From an uncultured delta proteobacterium (GTDB taxonomy: Bacteria; Desulfobacterota; Desulfobacteria; Desulfobacterales; SG8-13): a DNA stretch of 64,000 bases. Made by a program: the position numbers and the translations under genes. This document shows, piece by piece, positions 61,371 to 64,000 of this stretch (within the stretch, counting starts at the first letter, position 1; every line of letters starts with the position of its first letter). The DNA is taken from assembly GCA_963848135.1 (NCBI GenBank), contig CAWKCK010000002.1:509684-573683 (forward strand), given 5' to 3'. Below the pieces are notes generated by a model that saw only the letters and a list, made by a program, of their open reading frames with translations, did not search any database and was not told the origin of the DNA.

Positions 61371-62504
61371 CTAAATCCCTAGCAGGTTGCACATCACCGT
61401 AATCACGGCCGTGGAGACGATAATCCCGACAATGGCGGTGACCACCGCCGAGGTGGCCGCATCGCCCACCGCCGAAGCGCTGCGCCCGCACTGCATGCCC
61501 CGCATGCACCCGGACAACGCCACAATCACTCCGAAAACGATACCCGAAAACAATCCGATACCCAGGTTCCAGAGATTAATCGCTTTGGCGGTCTCGTTGT
61601 AATACTGGATGAAGCCGATATCGAGCATTCCGACTCCCACCACCATCCCCCCCAAAATGCCCATGACGTTGGCGTAAAGGCACAGCAGAGGCATCATCAG
61701 GGCCAAGGCCAGCATGCGCGGCAGCACCAGAAACTCCATCGGTGATATGCCCAGGGTTTTAAGGGCGTCGATCTCCTGGTTGACCTGCATGGTGCCCAGC
61801 TGGGCCGCAAAAGCGCCCCCCGTGCGGCCGGCCATGACGATGCCGGTCATTATCGCCGCCATCAGTCGCACCATGGCGATACCCACCAGGTCGGCCACGT
61901 AGATTTCGGCCCCGAATAGCTTCAACTGGATAGCGCCGATAAAGGCCAGAATCAATCCTACCAGAAAGCAGATCAGGGAAACGATTGGAAGCGCCTGACC
62001 GCCGCAGGACTCAATGATCAGCCCCAGGTCGCTGCGCCGGTATTGGGCCTTGCCACGCAATAGGTTGCCAAAAGCAATTACCGAATCACCGATGAAGGCC
62101 AACATTTCGCCCGACGATCGAAAGAAGCTAACAGTTTCGTCACCAACATGGGCGAGAAACGTGGATCGTCCTGGCGGCTTGCGGGCATCCTTTTTCTCCG
62201 GCACTGCAGCGGCCAGCGCCAGTAGACTTTTGGCGCCTTGCGGCAGCCCGCTGTCGTCGATGACGATCTTTTGCTGTAAACAGAATTTATGGAGTTTAAC
62301 CAGGAAGGTCAGCAGACCGGTGTCCCAATCCACCATATCGCGTGTGTTAAACAAAACCGTGCGGATACCCGGTGCCCCCATGACCTTTTCTTGAACCGCA
62401 TCGGCCGACGGCAGAGAATCAGCGAGCTTCCAATGCCCGGAAAGAATCAACTGCAAGGTGTCCTGCGATGGTTGCTCGATGAGCAGTTCACCCGGGGTCG
62501 GCAT
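61371..62504 (-). CDS. mlaE: MlaE-family ABC permease with N-terminal STAS (MlaB-like) domain
   Basis: 377 aa. N-terminal ~110 aa STAS-like region (LQLILSGHWKL...), then the MlaE core (QLGTMQVNQEIDALKTLGISP). Confidence 0.85.
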   Translation of the reverse strand: MPTPGELLIEQPSQDTLQLILSGHWKLADSLPSADAVQEKVMGAPGIRTVLFNTRDMVDWDTGLLTFLVKLHKFCLQQKIVIDDSGLPQGAKSLLALAAAVPEKKDARKPPGRSTFLAHVGDETVSFFRSSGEMLAFIGDSVIAFGNLLRGKAQYRRSDLGLIIESCGGQALPIVSLICFLVGLILAFIGAIQLKLFGAEIYVADLVGIAMVRLMAAIMTGIVMAGRTGGAFAAQLGTMQVNQEIDALKTLGISPMEFLVLPRMLALALMMPLLCLYANVMGILGGMVVGVGMLDIGFIQYYNETAKAINLWNLGIGLFSGIVFGVIVALSGCMRGMQCGRSASAVGDAATSAVVTAIVGIIVSTAVITVMCNLLGI

Positions 62505-62840
62505 TGACGTCTTTCTCCTTTTCTTTAAGCACCGGTGGATTGAAACGCTTGATTTCTATGGCCTGAGAATTGCGCGGATGGTTAATCCTATCTCAAAGGC
62601 ACCTTCTCGTGTGCTTGCACGATACACAAAAATGGAATCATGGGCAATAAGTTATTTCCCATAGAAATCAGAATCTAACAGGACATCTCTCAGCGTTTCT
62701 GGCCTCTTCTGGCGGATCCGCAGGCGCCCGGTACCAAACCTCCTGCGTACTTACGCCAATGGAAGCTGAGATTTTTCGCAAGCCCCGCACCTTAATGCTC
62801 GTCATAATCTGCGGTCCGGAACTTATCTATTTCAGGGGTC

Positions 62841-63101
62841 GGGGAGTTTTTCCCGCAAATGCTGAACCAGAGCGGAGGGAGTGATTAGCAGCGAAAGCGG
62901 GCACTGTCCGAATGCATTAGGCAACTTTGAGAAAGAACAGCGGGAACCCCGGTTATCAGATTCGGATCACAATAAGTGAACTAAGTTCAACAGTTTTATA
63001 TCATTATGAAATCTGTTCTTTCCTTAGGTTGCCTTATGCATGAGTTTGCGCGCTGAAGTCGCTGAGTATTCCCTCCGCTACCGGATGGTGAAAACTCCCC
63101 G
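62841..63101. repeat. large imperfect palindrome (~100-nt arms, ~70-nt loop), MITE-like or structured RNA
   Basis: Left arm GGGGAGTTTTT...AGCGGAGGGA...ATGCATTAGGCAAC...GAGAAAGAACAG. Right arm CTGTTCTTTCC..GTTGCCTTATGCAT...TCCCTCCGCT...GAAAACTCCCC. Flanked by direct TTATCTATTT / TCATCTATTT. Confidence 0.6.
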
Positions 63102-63534
63102 AGGGCTCATCTATTTTCCGTCCATAAATGGCCCTTTTCCGCTATTCCCCGCCGGGTTCGGGGCAGGTCAGCATCAGCGTTGCCATTAGGCCCGAGAAGT
63201 GTTAGGGTGCGGTCCCGTCCGGTCGATGGCCTCGGCAGTGATGACGACACCATCGCACCGCGGGTACCCAAGTGCTCTTGAACGCGTCGCGATCTGGGGT
63301 GTCATTAAAGCCACCAGACTCGATGCATGGGATTATGACGGACATTCTCGTTTTCGTCTTTTTTCATTTCATCGAGGATTACCGCTTGTAAGCAACCTCT
63401 AAGTCATGGTCAGCATTATTATTGACAGACATCGTTAATTTCAACATACTTCGCCCCGATAAAAAAGTTTTGTCCGCCGCAATCATCTATCCTGAATATT
63501 TCATGAATATCTTCCGACCAGAAGGAGTTTATCA

Positions 63535-64000
63535 TTGGCACTTCGTCCTTATCATTACCTGCTCATATACGGGATAATACCCTTGGGCTACTATCTGCTG
63601 CGCGGCTACCTCTTTCTTCTCAGAATTCGGGTCGTCGGTGAAGAAATCGCTCTCGGGTGCCTGAGTGATTACGGGCGACTGGTCGTCGCCGTCTGGCATC
63701 AGCGTTTGTTGTCTGCGGTGGCTTATGTCGTGAAATTCAGGAATTTCGACCCCATAATCATGATCAGTCAGAGCAAAGATGGAGAAGTGGCGACAAGGCT
63801 GGCCCAGCGGTTTGGATTTGTCCCGGTGAGGGGGTCCAGTTCGAAAGGCGGGACCTCGGCTTTGTTCGCCATTACAGAAGCCTTGAAGACCAACCCGGCT
63901 GTCATTCATATCGTGGATGGACCCCGAGGACCCAAAGGCGTTGTCAAACCGGGACTCATCAGTATGGCCGGGGTTTCCGGCGCCGCCATCCTGCCACTGA
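63535..64000 (+). CDS. DUF374 / lysophospholipid acyltransferase-like protein, N-terminal part (runs off the window)
   Basis: Open frame not in the track because it has no stop in the window. TTG 63535 preceded by GAAGGAG at 7-nt spacing. Translation ...VAVWHQRLL....MISQSKDGE..ARL....G...VRGSSSKGG..AL........IVDGPRGP... matches the DUF374 pattern I recall. Confidence 0.6.
   Translation, partial: MALRPYHYLLIYGIIPLGYYLLRGYLFLLRIRVVGEEIALGCLSDYGRLVVAVWHQRLLSAVAYVVKFRNFDPIIMISQSKDGEVATRLAQRFGFVPVRGSSSKGGTSALFAITEALKTNPAVIHIVDGPRGPKGVVKPGLISMAGVSGAAILPL

Noticed and set aside
61231-61509. 92-aa minus-strand ORF
   Set aside because: It spans the MITE-like element and overlaps the mlaE 3' end in another frame. 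Its sequence is Gly/His/Arg-rich nonsense.
63532-63909. 125-aa minus-strand ORF
   Set aside because: It is antisense to an open + frame that translates to a recognisable DUF374/LPLAT-like protein with a TTG start and a good RBS.

Overview
The window looks like a Desulfobacterota-type (deltaproteobacterial) chromosome segment, but the taxon guess is weak and rests only on gene content and style. It has four parts.

(1) 1-12.1 kb, housekeeping: partial nagZ, tsaD, purM, an aminotransferase, hom, thrH, a 4HBT thioesterase, DUF167, an initiator tRNA-Met, an MscS-family channel and an AI-2E transporter.

(2) 12.7-21.7 kb, minus strand: a tight five-gene operon. It encodes a signal-peptide MFP, a GAF-GAF-HlyD protein, a PqqD-like/M50-peptidase/HlyD fusion, a C-terminally truncated SecA-family ATPase and a SPOR-TolC outer-membrane factor. 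It has the periplasm-spanning parts of a tripartite exporter but no ABC, RND or MFS pump.

(3) 22.6-56.0 kb, same strand: two giant surface proteins of 3420 and 4996 aa. They share a non-Sec N-terminal LEPR-XLL-type leader plus DUF4347, and a shared C-terminal hydrophobic anchor ending in W..DPLPVL. Each is followed by a membrane sensor with a paralogous N-terminal module (one a hybrid histidine kinase with two Hpt domains, one a GGDEF/HD protein) and then by a palindromic GTTCNNG-heptad element. The block also holds a REC/degenerate-GGDEF/EAL protein and an orphan four-helix-bundle gene embedded in the same repeats.

(4) 56.5-64 kb: a REC-HK-REC kinase, a Mla/Pqi-like lipid-transport operon interrupted by a MITE-like insertion, further palindromic elements and a partial DUF374 gene.

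Main hypothesis (inference): the SecA-like/M50-HlyD/GAF-HlyD/MFP/SPOR-TolC operon is a dedicated, previously undescribed export and leader-processing machine for the LEPR-XLL giants, under c-di-GMP and phosphorelay control.
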